DNA of 64,000 nt, taken from sequence record MW735835.1. One strand, written 5' to 3'. Made by a program: the position numbers and the translations under genes. Source of the DNA: Pseudomonas phage pPa_SNUABM_DT01. The notes under the pieces are model-generated. The model was given only the letters and a program-made list of their open reading frames with translations, was not told the DNA's origin and did no database searches. Below, piece after piece: positions 1 to 9,642 of this stretch; within the stretch, counting starts at the first letter, position 1; each line of letters opens with the position of its first letter.

Positions 1-14
1 ACATCCTGGTCAAG

Positions 15-941
15 ATGAAGAAATGGATCAAGGAGAAGTTCGAGAACATGGCGGTCAACTCCCGCCGTACCAACTTCTACCGCGGCACTCTGGTCAAGCG
101 TGTGCAAGCCCTGCAAGCCCGTCTCGACGGCCTGCCGGAAGACTACGGTATCCCTGCCAAGCCCGTGCGCTACGACCCGCGTTACCTGGTGCAGATGTAC
201 AAGGACGGTCAGGCGATTCCGTTCACTGCGGCTGCCTTGGGCGCCGTCTGCGGCGAGATCATCTCCCTCATGGAGAAGGCCGTCAAAGACGTCCACGTCG
301 ACGCCTGCAAGCGTTCTGACGCCATTGGTGAAGTCATCGCTGCTATCCTCGTCACCCGCGACGAGATCGCTGCGGAAGAGCAGATGAAGAAGCTGTTCAA
401 GGACATCACTGGTCCGTGGCCGACCCTGGGCATGGTCAAGCCTGGCAGCGAGCTGATGGGTATCACCTGGGGAACGCCGGGTGAAGGCTATCGCAGCCGT
501 TACCGTGATGCCGAATGGATCATGGAACTGGTCGAGATGATCGAGATCAACCAGCTGCCGGTCAAGGTACGCCGTTCGGGCTCCTACCAGGTCAACATGC
601 TCGACATCAACGCCATGCGTGAGATCCTCGACGTGGTTGTCAACATGATGGAAAACCCCGTCACCGAAGATCACAGCTACTACGAGGAACTGTCTGGTTC
701 CTGGATGGAAGCCAACAAGGTGTGGGAACGTCTGTGGACCATGGTCACCACCATGGAGTTCAACCAGATGAACAATGAGTTGTGGCGCGCCTTCGACATC
801 GCGACCACCGCCATGTTCAACCTGCTGGACAAGGCGTACTACCAGATCGAAGATCTGCGTAACCCGTACTTCCGCATGCTGTCCGGTTCGCTGTATATCA
901 TGGAAGAACAGGCCAAGGCCTACGTGGCGGTCAACCGCTGA
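15..941 (+). CDS. hypothetical protein (308 aa); reading frame is open to the window start, so the gene may begin upstream
   Basis: Long ORF with GC3-rich codon use. No stop between position 3 and the ATG at 15. Followed by a hairpin at 948-977. Confidence 0.55.
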   Translation: MKKWIKEKFENMAVNSRRTNFYRGTLVKRVQALQARLDGLPEDYGIPAKPVRYDPRYLVQMYKDGQAIPFTAAALGAVCGEIISLMEKAVKDVHVDACKRSDAIGEVIAAILVTRDEIAAEEQMKKLFKDITGPWPTLGMVKPGSELMGITWGTPGEGYRSRYRDAEWIMELVEMIEINQLPVKVRRSGSYQVNMLDINAMREILDVVVNMMENPVTEDHSYYEELSGSWMEANKVWERLWTMVTTMEFNQMNNELWRAFDIATTAMFNLLDKAYYQIEDLRNPYFRMLSGSLYIMEEQAKAYVAVNR

Positions 942-947
942 TCCAAA

Positions 948-977
948 CATAGAGGAGGGGTTCGCCCCTCCTCTATG
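948..977 (+). terminator. GC-rich hairpin with UUCG loop (CATAGAGGAGGGG-TTCG-CCCCTCCTCTATG)
   Basis: Perfect 13-bp stem 7 nt after the stop of 15-941. No U-tract. Confidence 0.5.
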
Positions 978-1025
978 CCGAATCGACTGATTTTATGACA
1001 AAGATCATCCACCCGGGGAATCCCC

Positions 1026-2684
1026 ATGCCTAACCTTCTTATCCCTCTGCCGAACACGCACGACACGGTCACACGCCGTGTAGCGAAGAGCGTGATCGAC
1101 AACGTGATCCGTATTGCACGGATGGACGTAGAACGCGTTGAGATCCGTGGAGAGAGCCAACAGGCTGCCCAGCCCGGTACTGAACTGGGCGACACCAAAC
1201 TCTTCAACCGGTTCCAACATGATGGACGTGTGATTGTCACCTTGCGTGAGACCTACGTGGAATCCGAGGTGATCAACGCTGAAGTCCGTCATCCGTACGC
1301 ACAACCTATTTTTGCCGACCCCATGCTCGGTATCCACATCAAGCCCATCTACAGCAACACCGAGATGGAGCTGAACTTCACCTACCGGGCGAAGTCCAAG
1401 TCGGAAGCCAACGTCTGGCGTGACGACATCAAAGTGCGCATGGCAGACAACCGTCAGTCGCACCTGCATGAAGCCGACTACTTTTTTGCCGTCCCGAACT
1501 TCTGCTCGGAACTGCTGATCCACATGCACGAGCTGCGCGAGAAACAAGCCGGCTATGGTGAATCCCTGGGCGAGTACCTCCAGCGCTATTACACCAAACG
1601 TGCTCGTGTGCTGACCAACCAATCGGGTAACGACAAAGTCTCCCTGCTGACCATCGCAGAGAAACAGCTCGGCATCCAAGGCTGGTTCGACTTCGATACG
1701 CCCATCGAGGAAGAGAAGCAGGAAGACGGCCCCAGCTACCTCATTCAGTTCAACTACAAGTTTAGCTACTTGAAGCCTGTGGAACTGAACGTGCTCTACC
1801 CGCAAGTGGTGCACAACCAGCTGATCAGTCCTGATTACCTGGTGGTCAAGCCAAAAGAAGAAGACCCGATGCGTCTGCCGACGTACAAGAGTGATTACCG
1901 CTTTGCATTGGATCACTTCGACTACTTGGCCCGCATTCCGAGAAAGCCCATTGGAGGCATTCACATCCCGGATTACGACGAGTGGATTCCCAAAGGCGTC
2001 ACGCCTTACACCACGTCGCTGATCAACTGGATGGTGGTCTTTGAGGCCAAGGACATGAACCTCTGCTTCAACCAAGAGGACGTCCTGAACACCGGCTTCT
2101 TGCCAGAGTTCATCGAGTGGATGCGCGGTGAAGGCAACAAGATGGTGAAGCAGGGCCAGAGTCCTATTCACTTCTGCCTGTACCGTGATGACCAGTACAT
2201 CGTCGACGGTGATCTGGAAATCGTGGTCACTGATCAAGCCTTCGAGATCCGGACCAAGACCCCGTGTGACCTGCGCCAGCGGTACCACCTGCGCATGGGC
2301 TTCTGCACGGAGTTGGGCAAGTACACCGAAGAGGCCCTGATGGCCATGCACGTGAACGGCATGAACACCCTGCGACTGTTCCAATCGGTGTTGAACCGCC
2401 TGGACGTCGAGGATGCTCAGGCTAACCACATGACGCCAGACGGCAAGCTGTCCATCTCGTACATCAAGCGCTTCTTCGGCTTCCTCCGTGATCAACGCAT
2501 CGGCTCCGAGAACATCACGCAGCCTGATGGCAACAACCAGAACAACCGGTACCCCAGCGACAGCTGGTTCGAAAACGACGACAACTTCGGTTTCCGCATG
2601 GATGTTCCGTACGTCATGCAATTGACGATCCTCGCCGGCAACCGTAACAGGGTGAACGCAGATGCCAGTTCCACAGCTTCCTAA
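1026..2684 (+). CDS. hypothetical large phage protein (552 aa), possibly virion-associated
   Basis: Long ORF. The overlapping minus ORF 1005-2777 is a GC shadow. Tightly packed with its neighbours. Confidence 0.6.
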   Translation: MPNLLIPLPNTHDTVTRRVAKSVIDNVIRIARMDVERVEIRGESQQAAQPGTELGDTKLFNRFQHDGRVIVTLRETYVESEVINAEVRHPYAQPIFADPMLGIHIKPIYSNTEMELNFTYRAKSKSEANVWRDDIKVRMADNRQSHLHEADYFFAVPNFCSELLIHMHELREKQAGYGESLGEYLQRYYTKRARVLTNQSGNDKVSLLTIAEKQLGIQGWFDFDTPIEEEKQEDGPSYLIQFNYKFSYLKPVELNVLYPQVVHNQLISPDYLVVKPKEEDPMRLPTYKSDYRFALDHFDYLARIPRKPIGGIHIPDYDEWIPKGVTPYTTSLINWMVVFEAKDMNLCFNQEDVLNTGFLPEFIEWMRGEGNKMVKQGQSPIHFCLYRDDQYIVDGDLEIVVTDQAFEIRTKTPCDLRQRYHLRMGFCTELGKYTEEALMAMHVNGMNTLRLFQSVLNRLDVEDAQANHMTPDGKLSISYIKRFFGFLRDQRIGSENITQPDGNNQNNRYPSDSWFENDDNFGFRMDVPYVMQLTILAGNRNRVNADASSTAS

Positions 2685-4065
2685 TATCGACACGGTGCAA
2701 CAGAAGCCAGTCGTCGAACCGGTCAAAGTGCAGCCCAAGGAATACCAGGGTGCCACTGTTGATACCCACGAGGTCAAGTTCGACCAACTGCTGACCTACA
2801 TCGCCGGTCAAGCCTGGCACGTCAACTACCTCCCGATCGTTCGTGGTCGGGACGACGATGTCCGTCCTCTGGAGCCGGGTGTTCACCCGGTATTCCAACA
2901 GTACAAGCTCATCAAGGGCATGGAACTGAAAGTCACCAGTCCGCTGCAACCTTCGCAGATCGGTGACACCAAGGACATGACGCTGAAGGGCTCTGCGAAC
3001 GTCTACGGCGTCGTTATCCCCAACGTCGGTGACATTATCGTGGGTGACGTCGGCGACGGCCGTGAGGGGCTCTTTGGGGTCACCTCGTCGAACCGACTGA
3101 CGCACTACACCGCCACCGTGCATGAGATCGAGTACAGCCTCATCCGTCTGATGGATCAGGCCCTGGCCGATCAACTGTACGGGCAGAATGTGGTCGAGAC
3201 CCTGGTCTTCCACAAGGACTTCCTCGACACCGGGAACGATCCGCTGATCTCCGAAGAGGAGACCCTGCTGGTCAACAACCTCAAGGAACACTACGAGCGC
3301 CTGATCGCCTTGTACTTCCATGACTTTTATTCCCGGGACCGCAAATCTCTATTGGTACCCAACCAGCCGCGAGTGACGTACGATCCCTTCCTCGTGCGTT
3401 ACATCAAGACCATCCTGACCACGGATGATCACCCGCTCATGCGTCATATCACCGAGTTCAACGTACAAGGTGACCAGACGATGTACGAGTTCACCTTCTG
3501 GAACTGCCTGGAGACCATGGATCACGCAATGCTGACCATGAGTGTCCACCAAGCTGGCATCGTCGATGTCAAGCAGTTCTGGAACGGACGACCCACCATG
3601 AACAGTATCTACTATTCGGGTGTGGAAGCCGTGGTCTATCCCGACCTGTCCCCCACCAATGTGGACGCCGGTTATAACAACTGCCATTTTGATCCGGTCC
3701 TGACCGATCTGGTGCGCGGCGCAGCCCGCTTCCGTGAGCTGAACCGGTTGTTCCGTGACGACCTGGACCTCGATCCGACGCTGGAGATCTACGAAGCCGT
3801 CTCTCCGGAGCGTGCTGCACAGATCAAGCGGGTCACGGTGGACGATTACTACGTGCTGAGCAAGGACTTCTACCTCCACAAGCCCGACGTCAAGTTGAGC
3901 AAGCTGGAAGCGCTGACGATGGCTGCCATGAAAGGCGAAGCCATTGACATCCGCACCCTGGACTTCCTCTGCACCAATGCGATCAAATGGGATAACGTCG
4001 AGCGGTTCTACTACTTCCCAATTCTGTTCACGCTGCTCCGCGTGTACAAAAGGAGAATCAAGTGA
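2662..4065 (+). CDS. hypothetical protein (467 aa)
   Basis: Long ORF overlapping the upstream gene by 23 nt, suggesting translational coupling. Confidence 0.6.
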   Translation: MPVPQLPNIDTVQQKPVVEPVKVQPKEYQGATVDTHEVKFDQLLTYIAGQAWHVNYLPIVRGRDDDVRPLEPGVHPVFQQYKLIKGMELKVTSPLQPSQIGDTKDMTLKGSANVYGVVIPNVGDIIVGDVGDGREGLFGVTSSNRLTHYTATVHEIEYSLIRLMDQALADQLYGQNVVETLVFHKDFLDTGNDPLISEEETLLVNNLKEHYERLIALYFHDFYSRDRKSLLVPNQPRVTYDPFLVRYIKTILTTDDHPLMRHITEFNVQGDQTMYEFTFWNCLETMDHAMLTMSVHQAGIVDVKQFWNGRPTMNSIYYSGVEAVVYPDLSPTNVDAGYNNCHFDPVLTDLVRGAARFRELNRLFRDDLDLDPTLEIYEAVSPERAAQIKRVTVDDYYVLSKDFYLHKPDVKLSKLEALTMAAMKGEAIDIRTLDFLCTNAIKWDNVERFYYFPILFTLLRVYKRRIK

Positions 4066-4661
4066 GTAATCCCCGCTACCCCAACCTGGACTTGAAGAGC
4101 ATCGACTCTGTTCGAGAGCACATCTTCAAGGACACTTACACCTACGCCATTCCCGGCTATTTCCGGTACTCGAAAGAGTACAACCAGATCGTCGGGCACT
4201 TGAGCACGGGGTCGAAGCAGGGCGACGCCAACGCGATGGCCGAATACGTCAACATCGGTGGCACCATCGCCGACATCCTGAAGCTGTACGAGAAGGGATG
4301 TGACGTCAAGTTCGAGCACCGTGAAGATATCGTGACGGTTTACGAGGCATTGCTGGCCCACATCAACAACTGGGCCAACTACATCCGTCGTGACCCGAAC
4401 GTCAAGGATGCCCCGCTGAACTCCCTGTACTTGATGAGCGATTTCTGCACCACCATCAAGGCCCAGGTGATGGGCTTCAAGCCCAACGTGGAAGATGTCC
4501 CGCACCTCAAGCGGGTTTCCAGCCTGTTCGGCGGTGTCGTGGGCGCGGAAGAGCTGTTCAACGTCTCCGGTGTGGGCACCACGGTCGAAGAAACTGCTCC
4601 GACCATGAACCGTATCGAGAAAATGCTGGCAGAGCGTAAGAAAGACCAGCAAAAGCGGTAA
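4062..4661 (+). CDS. hypothetical protein (199 aa)
   Basis: ORF with ATGA start/stop overlap to the upstream gene. Confidence 0.55.
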   Translation: MSNPRYPNLDLKSIDSVREHIFKDTYTYAIPGYFRYSKEYNQIVGHLSTGSKQGDANAMAEYVNIGGTIADILKLYEKGCDVKFEHREDIVTVYEALLAHINNWANYIRRDPNVKDAPLNSLYLMSDFCTTIKAQVMGFKPNVEDVPHLKRVSSLFGGVVGAEELFNVSGVGTTVEETAPTMNRIEKMLAERKKDQQKR

Positions 4662-4680
4662 ATTCGACTGAGGGCGTCAC

Positions 4681-6066
4681 ATGGAATTCTCCCAAACGCC
4701 CCTTGGAGCCGAATACGAGCTGATCATGCGTGAAGGCAAAGGCGTCTACTACATGTACGACGCCACTTTCGCGACTGAACGTGAGAATATTGACGCCTTG
4801 CAGGTGGTCAGTATGGATTTCATCCGGGATTACCGTAACTCGGCCTCGGATGAAATCCTCATCAAGCTCGTTGTGCCCTGGGGCCAGTACCTGAACCGGG
4901 TTCTGCCGTTCAAAGAGAACCTGAAGGTGACCATCACTCGCAGTGAAGTTGATACCGTGAGTGGTGAGATCGTCGGGACTCGGGTGGAACAGACGTTTAT
5001 CGCGTTTCTGCCGCCTGAGACCGAAACCGGCATGCTCGATAATAGCCCTGAGACGGCCACGGAGTTCTCCGCGGACATCTCAGGTCTCAAGATCGTGCAA
5101 GTCCAGTTGCAAGAAGAGGCATTCAGCCGTGCCCGTTCGGAAATGGTGGGTGGGGTTTTCCGGGATTCGTCACCTTACGAGGTTCTGATCAGCCTGCTGC
5201 ACAACTCCATCCGACAAATGGACTTGGAGATCGCTGAAAGGATCGTTGGGGTGCACGCAACTCCTCCGAACAACACGGCGAAGCGCGGCACTACCCTGAT
5301 TCCCCACGGCACGCCGCTTGTAGCGCTTGCTGACAAGCTGCAAACCCAGTTGGGCGGTATCTACACTGCCGGAATCGGCTGCTACTTGCAGAAGGGTTAC
5401 TGGCACGTCTGGCCGCTGTACAACTACAAGCTCTATGACTCGGCTGAACGTACGGCCTTGTTCATCCTGGCGCCGTCTGGACGGTATCGGGGTGTGGAGC
5501 GCACCTACCGCATGGTGGACAAACACCTGACGGTATTCATCACTGGTGAAGTCTTGCGGCAAGACCCCTCCGAGATCCTTCTGCTCAACGAAGGTAACGG
5601 GGTCCGGTTTGCCAACGCAGACGCGATGATGGAAGGCTTCTTCGAGGTCTCCGGAAACAAAGCCGTGGCAAAAAGAACAAACAACGCCAATGAGTACGAG
5701 GCAATCAATCGTAAAGGCGTTTCCATGTCCCGAATCACCGAGGATATGGCAACCACGAACAACTTTAACGAAGCCTCCAAAGTTGCTGCCCGTAACGGGG
5801 CGTTCATCACCATGAACTGGGAAAACAGTAACCCAGACCTCATCATTCCTGGATTGCAGTGTGAGATCGGTTTCCTTGTTGAAGGCGACGTCTGCTTCAT
5901 CAACGGGGTCGTAGTGCACGCGCACGGGTATTCGGCATTGTCGGGTACTGGCCTGCACCAACGGATGCACCAGATCACCACGGAAGTGGTGTGTATGGTC
6001 GACCGTCAGTCGCCTGTGTATGCGAAGTTCCTCTCCAGTCAACAAAGCAATTCAACACAAACGTAG
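4681..6066 (+). CDS. hypothetical protein (461 aa)
   Basis: Long ORF. The minus-strand ORFs inside it are shadows. Confidence 0.6.
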   Translation: MEFSQTPLGAEYELIMREGKGVYYMYDATFATERENIDALQVVSMDFIRDYRNSASDEILIKLVVPWGQYLNRVLPFKENLKVTITRSEVDTVSGEIVGTRVEQTFIAFLPPETETGMLDNSPETATEFSADISGLKIVQVQLQEEAFSRARSEMVGGVFRDSSPYEVLISLLHNSIRQMDLEIAERIVGVHATPPNNTAKRGTTLIPHGTPLVALADKLQTQLGGIYTAGIGCYLQKGYWHVWPLYNYKLYDSAERTALFILAPSGRYRGVERTYRMVDKHLTVFITGEVLRQDPSEILLLNEGNGVRFANADAMMEGFFEVSGNKAVAKRTNNANEYEAINRKGVSMSRITEDMATTNNFNEASKVAARNGAFITMNWENSNPDLIIPGLQCEIGFLVEGDVCFINGVVVHAHGYSALSGTGLHQRMHQITTEVVCMVDRQSPVYAKFLSSQQSNSTQT

Positions 6067-6111
6067 CACTACATTATCGTGGTGCAGTAACTCAACCTGA
6101 GGTCCACAGCT

Positions 6112-6834
6112 ATGTCTGAAAATCATACGCTGGGGATGGTAACCGTCAGGGCGGGAGAGATACTTACCTTCACATTCGACGAATCCACCCCTGAGAAGCG
6201 TCGGCACCTCACAGTCGTGGCCATCCAAGACATTGATCTAAGTCGTGAGATGGCCTTGTTCTGTCAGGCGACCAACAGAGCTGGTAAGGATATCTACACG
6301 GAGAACGCGCTGCCTGCGTTTATTCAGCATCTGGCAGAGAAGCGGCTCCTGCACGTCGGCAGGGAAGTAAGTGTGCACTTTGGCGACCGTGGTCGTCCTG
6401 CTGCACGACTTATGAATGAGTACAGGTTCAGGATCAACCCCGAATCTTACTGGGAGGACAAGCTGGTCAATCGATACACGACCAGCTCGTTCACGCTATT
6501 CAACCATCAACAGCACAGCCTCATGGTGATGATGGGCGTCGATGCCCCGTTTTACATCCTGGCTGATTTGCTGGACATGCAAGGAGAACCGCTCGGTGTA
6601 CTAAGGCTTTCAATTATACCCGATCAACGGCACACCTTCATCAGTCCCGACGACGTCGAGAGAATCCGGTTGGCCCTGCAAGCCGACATCGCAATGAATG
6701 TAGAAGAGATCAGTGTCATGGTGGAACGAGTCCGTGTGGCATCCAACCCTGACTTTGGTCAAAGCGTCTTCAAGCGTCACCTTCCACCCATCGAACATCC
6801 CCCTAAAGTTGAACCCGAGACATCCACTTCATAA
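6112..6834 (+). CDS. hypothetical protein (240 aa)
   Basis: ORF in the gene array. Confidence 0.5.
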   Translation: MSENHTLGMVTVRAGEILTFTFDESTPEKRRHLTVVAIQDIDLSREMALFCQATNRAGKDIYTENALPAFIQHLAEKRLLHVGREVSVHFGDRGRPAARLMNEYRFRINPESYWEDKLVNRYTTSSFTLFNHQQHSLMVMMGVDAPFYILADLLDMQGEPLGVLRLSIIPDQRHTFISPDDVERIRLALQADIAMNVEEISVMVERVRVASNPDFGQSVFKRHLPPIEHPPKVEPETSTS

Positions 6835-6845
6835 AGGAACAGTGC

Positions 6846-7190
6846 ATGACCACCCCCAACACGTCTTGGAAGAAACCCCGCCCGCAAGGTAACCGCGACG
6901 ATCGTCGTCCGGATCAGCGCCCGCAGCGTTCCAACAGCTTCGGCAGCCTGTCCAGCCTGCGGGAACTCTCCGAACGCCAACCGGTGCGTAAACCGCAAGT
7001 CCAGCCGGAACCCCTGAAGTTCGAGGGTCCGCTGAACCACTGGTATGAAACCGAGCGCAACGGCCGGAAGTCTAAAGTCTTCCTGGTCGAAGTGAAGAAG
7101 GACGTCGTGACTTACAAGGACAAGGTCGAGGACAAGCATTCCCAGACCATGTCCCTGGCGAAGTTCATGAAGTTCTACAAGCCGGAGTAA
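6846..7190 (+). CDS. hypothetical protein with a basic, disordered N-terminus (114 aa)
   Basis: ORF followed by a UUCG hairpin at 7201-7222. Confidence 0.5.
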   Translation: MTTPNTSWKKPRPQGNRDDRRPDQRPQRSNSFGSLSSLRELSERQPVRKPQVQPEPLKFEGPLNHWYETERNGRKSKVFLVEVKKDVVTYKDKVEDKHSQTMSLAKFMKFYKPE

Positions 7191-7197
7191 GACGTGG

Positions 7198-7225
7198 CTT
7201 GAGGGGGCCTTCGGGCCCTCTCTAT
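7198..7225 (+). terminator. hairpin GAGGGGGCC-TTCG-GGCCCTCTC
   Basis: Directly after the stop of 6846-7190. Confidence 0.5.
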
Positions 7226-7254
7226 GCCCTCTCGCCCAAACCACTGAGGTTGCT

Positions 7255-7536
7255 ATGAAAGCACAGTACGTAGTACTGCCGAGTGCGAAAGTGCCGGTAC
7301 GAGCTGGTCAGTTCTTTTCTTTGTCCAGCAAGTTGGACCCAAGCACCAAGGACAACTTCAAAGCCCTCGTGGACTTCGACATGGTCGAAGAGGCACTGAA
7401 GGCTGGTGTTGATCTGCACAAACCCGGCACCCCGACTGACAATGCTCGGGCCAACATGTCCATCGCTGCTCACCTCGTTCATTCGGGCTTGGCAGAAATT
7501 GTTGACAAGCCGAGTAAAAACAAACAAACACACTGA
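7255..7536 (+). CDS. hypothetical protein (93 aa)
   Basis: ORF after a terminator. RBS-like gaggttgctATG. Confidence 0.45.
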   Translation: MKAQYVVLPSAKVPVRAGQFFSLSSKLDPSTKDNFKALVDFDMVEEALKAGVDLHKPGTPTDNARANMSIAAHLVHSGLAEIVDKPSKNKQTH

Positions 7537-7561
7537 ATGGTGTGTATCAAAGGAGTTATCC

Positions 7562-7726
7562 ATGAAACCAGCCGATAAGGAGTTCGAGTCACGCGACGAG
7601 CTGGAAAAGGCTTACAGCGCCGGGTCTCTGAAGACCGGTGAGCGTTACTACGTTCGCAACATCAACGTCACCTATCGCCTTGACGTTACACGTAAAGGCT
7701 TTGTAGAAATCCCGAATAACCAGTGA
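7562..7726 (+). CDS. small hypothetical protein (54 aa)
   Basis: ATG at 7562 preceded by aaaggag. Internal start of the longer tracked ORF 7406-7726. Confidence 0.35.
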   Translation: MKPADKEFESRDELEKAYSAGSLKTGERYYVRNINVTYRLDVTRKGFVEIPNNQ

Positions 7727-7733
7727 GGCTGTA

Positions 7734-8084
7734 ATGGACCACGTGTATATCTGGTGGCTGGACAAATGGCTGCTGATGGCAACTCACATGTTGCTGGAAG
7801 AAGCTGACCGCGGCAATCATTCGATCAACATCCTCCCGGGCCACATCAAGATAGCGTTGGATCAGGCTTGCGGCAAGCACTACGGTGGTCAGCTGTACCC
7901 ACCGATCACCCTGGCCGGGAGTGTCAACCCCGACCACCTGGACGTCCTGCAACAAGAGCGCCAACTGGCGGCCATCCTGTCCAATGGCTGGTTCGGCGTT
8001 CCGTTCGAAGAAGTGCACCTGCCCACCATCAAGCAGTACCCGGGCATCATCACTACCTTTAGCCTTCAGGCGGTGCGGAAATGA
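7734..8084 (+). CDS. hypothetical protein (116 aa)
   Basis: ORF. Overlaps the next gene by 4 nt. Confidence 0.45.
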   Translation: MDHVYIWWLDKWLLMATHMLLEEADRGNHSINILPGHIKIALDQACGKHYGGQLYPPITLAGSVNPDHLDVLQQERQLAAILSNGWFGVPFEEVHLPTIKQYPGIITTFSLQAVRK

Positions 8085-8695
8085 TCAGTGCAATCGATTT
8101 CTTGGTCAAAGGCGGCGGGCAGTTCGAGATCATCAAGGCTGACCATTGCGAAGTAGGCCTGGTCAACCTGTTCCTCGACGTTTCCTCGGCCACCACCGTC
8201 AAGGATCGTTACGATCTGATCTTCACCCCGGGTAACAGCTTCGGTCACATGACCGGCGGTTTCGACCTGGGTGTGGTGGAAGTCTTCGGGCGTGAGATCC
8301 AGATGAAGGTCCTGGAGATGATCAAGCAGAAGTACAGCGGTATGATGCCGGTGGGCTCTGCTGAAGTCGTCCAGATTGGTAACCATGCCGTGGTCTATGT
8401 TCCGACCATGATGGTGCCGACTCGTAACACAGGCCTGATCGATCCGTACATGCTCATGTGGCAAGGTCTGCGTGCAGTTGATCAATTCACCAAAGATACC
8501 GGAATCCATTTCCGCCATGCCCTCTGTCCGTTGTTCTGTGCGGGCACTGGTGGGTCGGCTCCTGACGTGGCCCTCCATCAGCAGAACATGGCGGTCTACG
8601 AGCATCGTCTCTCTCGTTCCGGTGCTCACCTGGGCTGCACTGACCTGTTCAGTGATGGCATGATCCGTTACAACTCCTTGTTCCAAGGTAAGTGA
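8081..8695 (+). CDS. macro-domain protein (ADP-ribose binding/processing fold), 204 aa
   Basis: Motifs match macro-domain signatures. DLIFTPGNSFGHMTGGFDLGV aligns with DAIVNAANsslLGGGGVdgAI. VVYVPTM aligns with VIHaVGP. ALCPLFCAGTGGSAPD aligns with AFPAIStGvyGyP. Confidence 0.5.
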   Translation: MISAIDFLVKGGGQFEIIKADHCEVGLVNLFLDVSSATTVKDRYDLIFTPGNSFGHMTGGFDLGVVEVFGREIQMKVLEMIKQKYSGMMPVGSAEVVQIGNHAVVYVPTMMVPTRNTGLIDPYMLMWQGLRAVDQFTKDTGIHFRHALCPLFCAGTGGSAPDVALHQQNMAVYEHRLSRSGAHLGCTDLFSDGMIRYNSLFQGK

Positions 8696-9345
8696 TGGAC
8701 TTCTGGAAGGCGATGGGATGGGAGTGGAGCTTCACCTGGTGTGGGGTCGGCTCCCGTGATGTCCCGGAAGAATTCGAGCCTTTGTTGATTTGGGTAGGTC
8801 ATTGCATGGCGCTGTTGAAGGGTGTGTTGTGTACCGGTGATGCCACTGGTTCCGACTACCTCTTCTGGCAAGGCTATGAGCGCGGTAAGGCAGAGAACAT
8901 GCCACCTGCGCAGATCTACTACACCAAGCTGAAGAACATGCGTAGCCTCTCTCACGACCCATTTAAGGGCCATCATGAGGCTGAACGCTATGACACCCAT
9001 GCCGAGGCCCAAGCGCTCGCATTTCGCGCTCGTGGCTCGTTTGAAGGGCTATTCCCATCAGGCATCGGGCTCCACACCCGCAACGCTTTCCAAGTCTTGT
9101 CGGAAGAGTTGTGCTTCCCGCGTTGGATCACTGTGTTCTGGGCTAAACCTGTCGGTAAGAAAGGTTTGGTTTCCGGTGGTACCAACACGGCAGTACAGCT
9201 GTCCGTCATGAACAACATCAAGAAGGTCAACCTGTACGTTGAGGAGGACCGCATCAAGTTCGTCGAGTGGCTTAAAGGGCAGCTTGTCAAGAAAGGCATC
9301 CCAGTTCCGCCCCTCGACACACCCGAGCTGCCAATGGCAGCGTAG
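8692..9345 (+). CDS. SLOG/DprA-like Rossmann-fold protein (217 aa)
   Basis: CGVGSRDVPEE followed about 25 aa later by VLCTGDATGSDYLFWQG. This resembles the DprA/Smf-LOG motifs GxGSR and SGxAxGxD. Start overlaps the macro gene by 4 nt. Confidence 0.4.
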   Translation: MMDFWKAMGWEWSFTWCGVGSRDVPEEFEPLLIWVGHCMALLKGVLCTGDATGSDYLFWQGYERGKAENMPPAQIYYTKLKNMRSLSHDPFKGHHEAERYDTHAEAQALAFRARGSFEGLFPSGIGLHTRNAFQVLSEELCFPRWITVFWAKPVGKKGLVSGGTNTAVQLSVMNNIKKVNLYVEEDRIKFVEWLKGQLVKKGIPVPPLDTPELPMAA

Positions 9346-9354
9346 GAGAATCTC

Positions 9355-9630
9355 GTGGATGACCGCATTATTGTAGTGGGTACCGATCATGGCTCTGCGA
9401 TGGAGCAACTCCGTAAGATCGCAGATTGTGAACGACCGTTGCCGGCACCTGCCATTGTGTTGGCTCCTGGCATTGAGCTGAAGCAACACCAGAGCCTCAC
9501 CACTCTGTGCCGCGAAGCCGGCTATAAGGTCACCGACATGATCGGTGGCATGGGTGTCATTCCCGACAAAAAGAAAGAACGGCCAGTGATCAAGGCAATG
9601 AGCCTGGCCGAGTTGTTCAAACTCAAATAA
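9355..9630 (+). CDS. hypothetical protein (91 aa), GTG start
   Basis: aggag RBS 6 nt upstream of GTG. Confidence 0.4.
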   Translation: MDDRIIVVGTDHGSAMEQLRKIADCERPLPAPAIVLAPGIELKQHQSLTTLCREAGYKVTDMIGGMGVIPDKKKERPVIKAMSLAELFKLK

Positions 9631-9642
9631 CCTGGGGGCTGC

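Noticed and set aside
1005-2777. 590-aa minus-strand ORF, together with many other long minus-strand ORFs (e.g. 5170-6045, 9058-10347, 11123-12307, 24569-25369, 50681-52804, 53517-55022)
   Set aside because: They lie antisense to plus-strand genes with recognisable domains (tmk, cca, AAA etc.), have no RBS, and their translations are low-complexity Arg/Val/Asp-rich. This is typical of GC-rich shadow ORFs.
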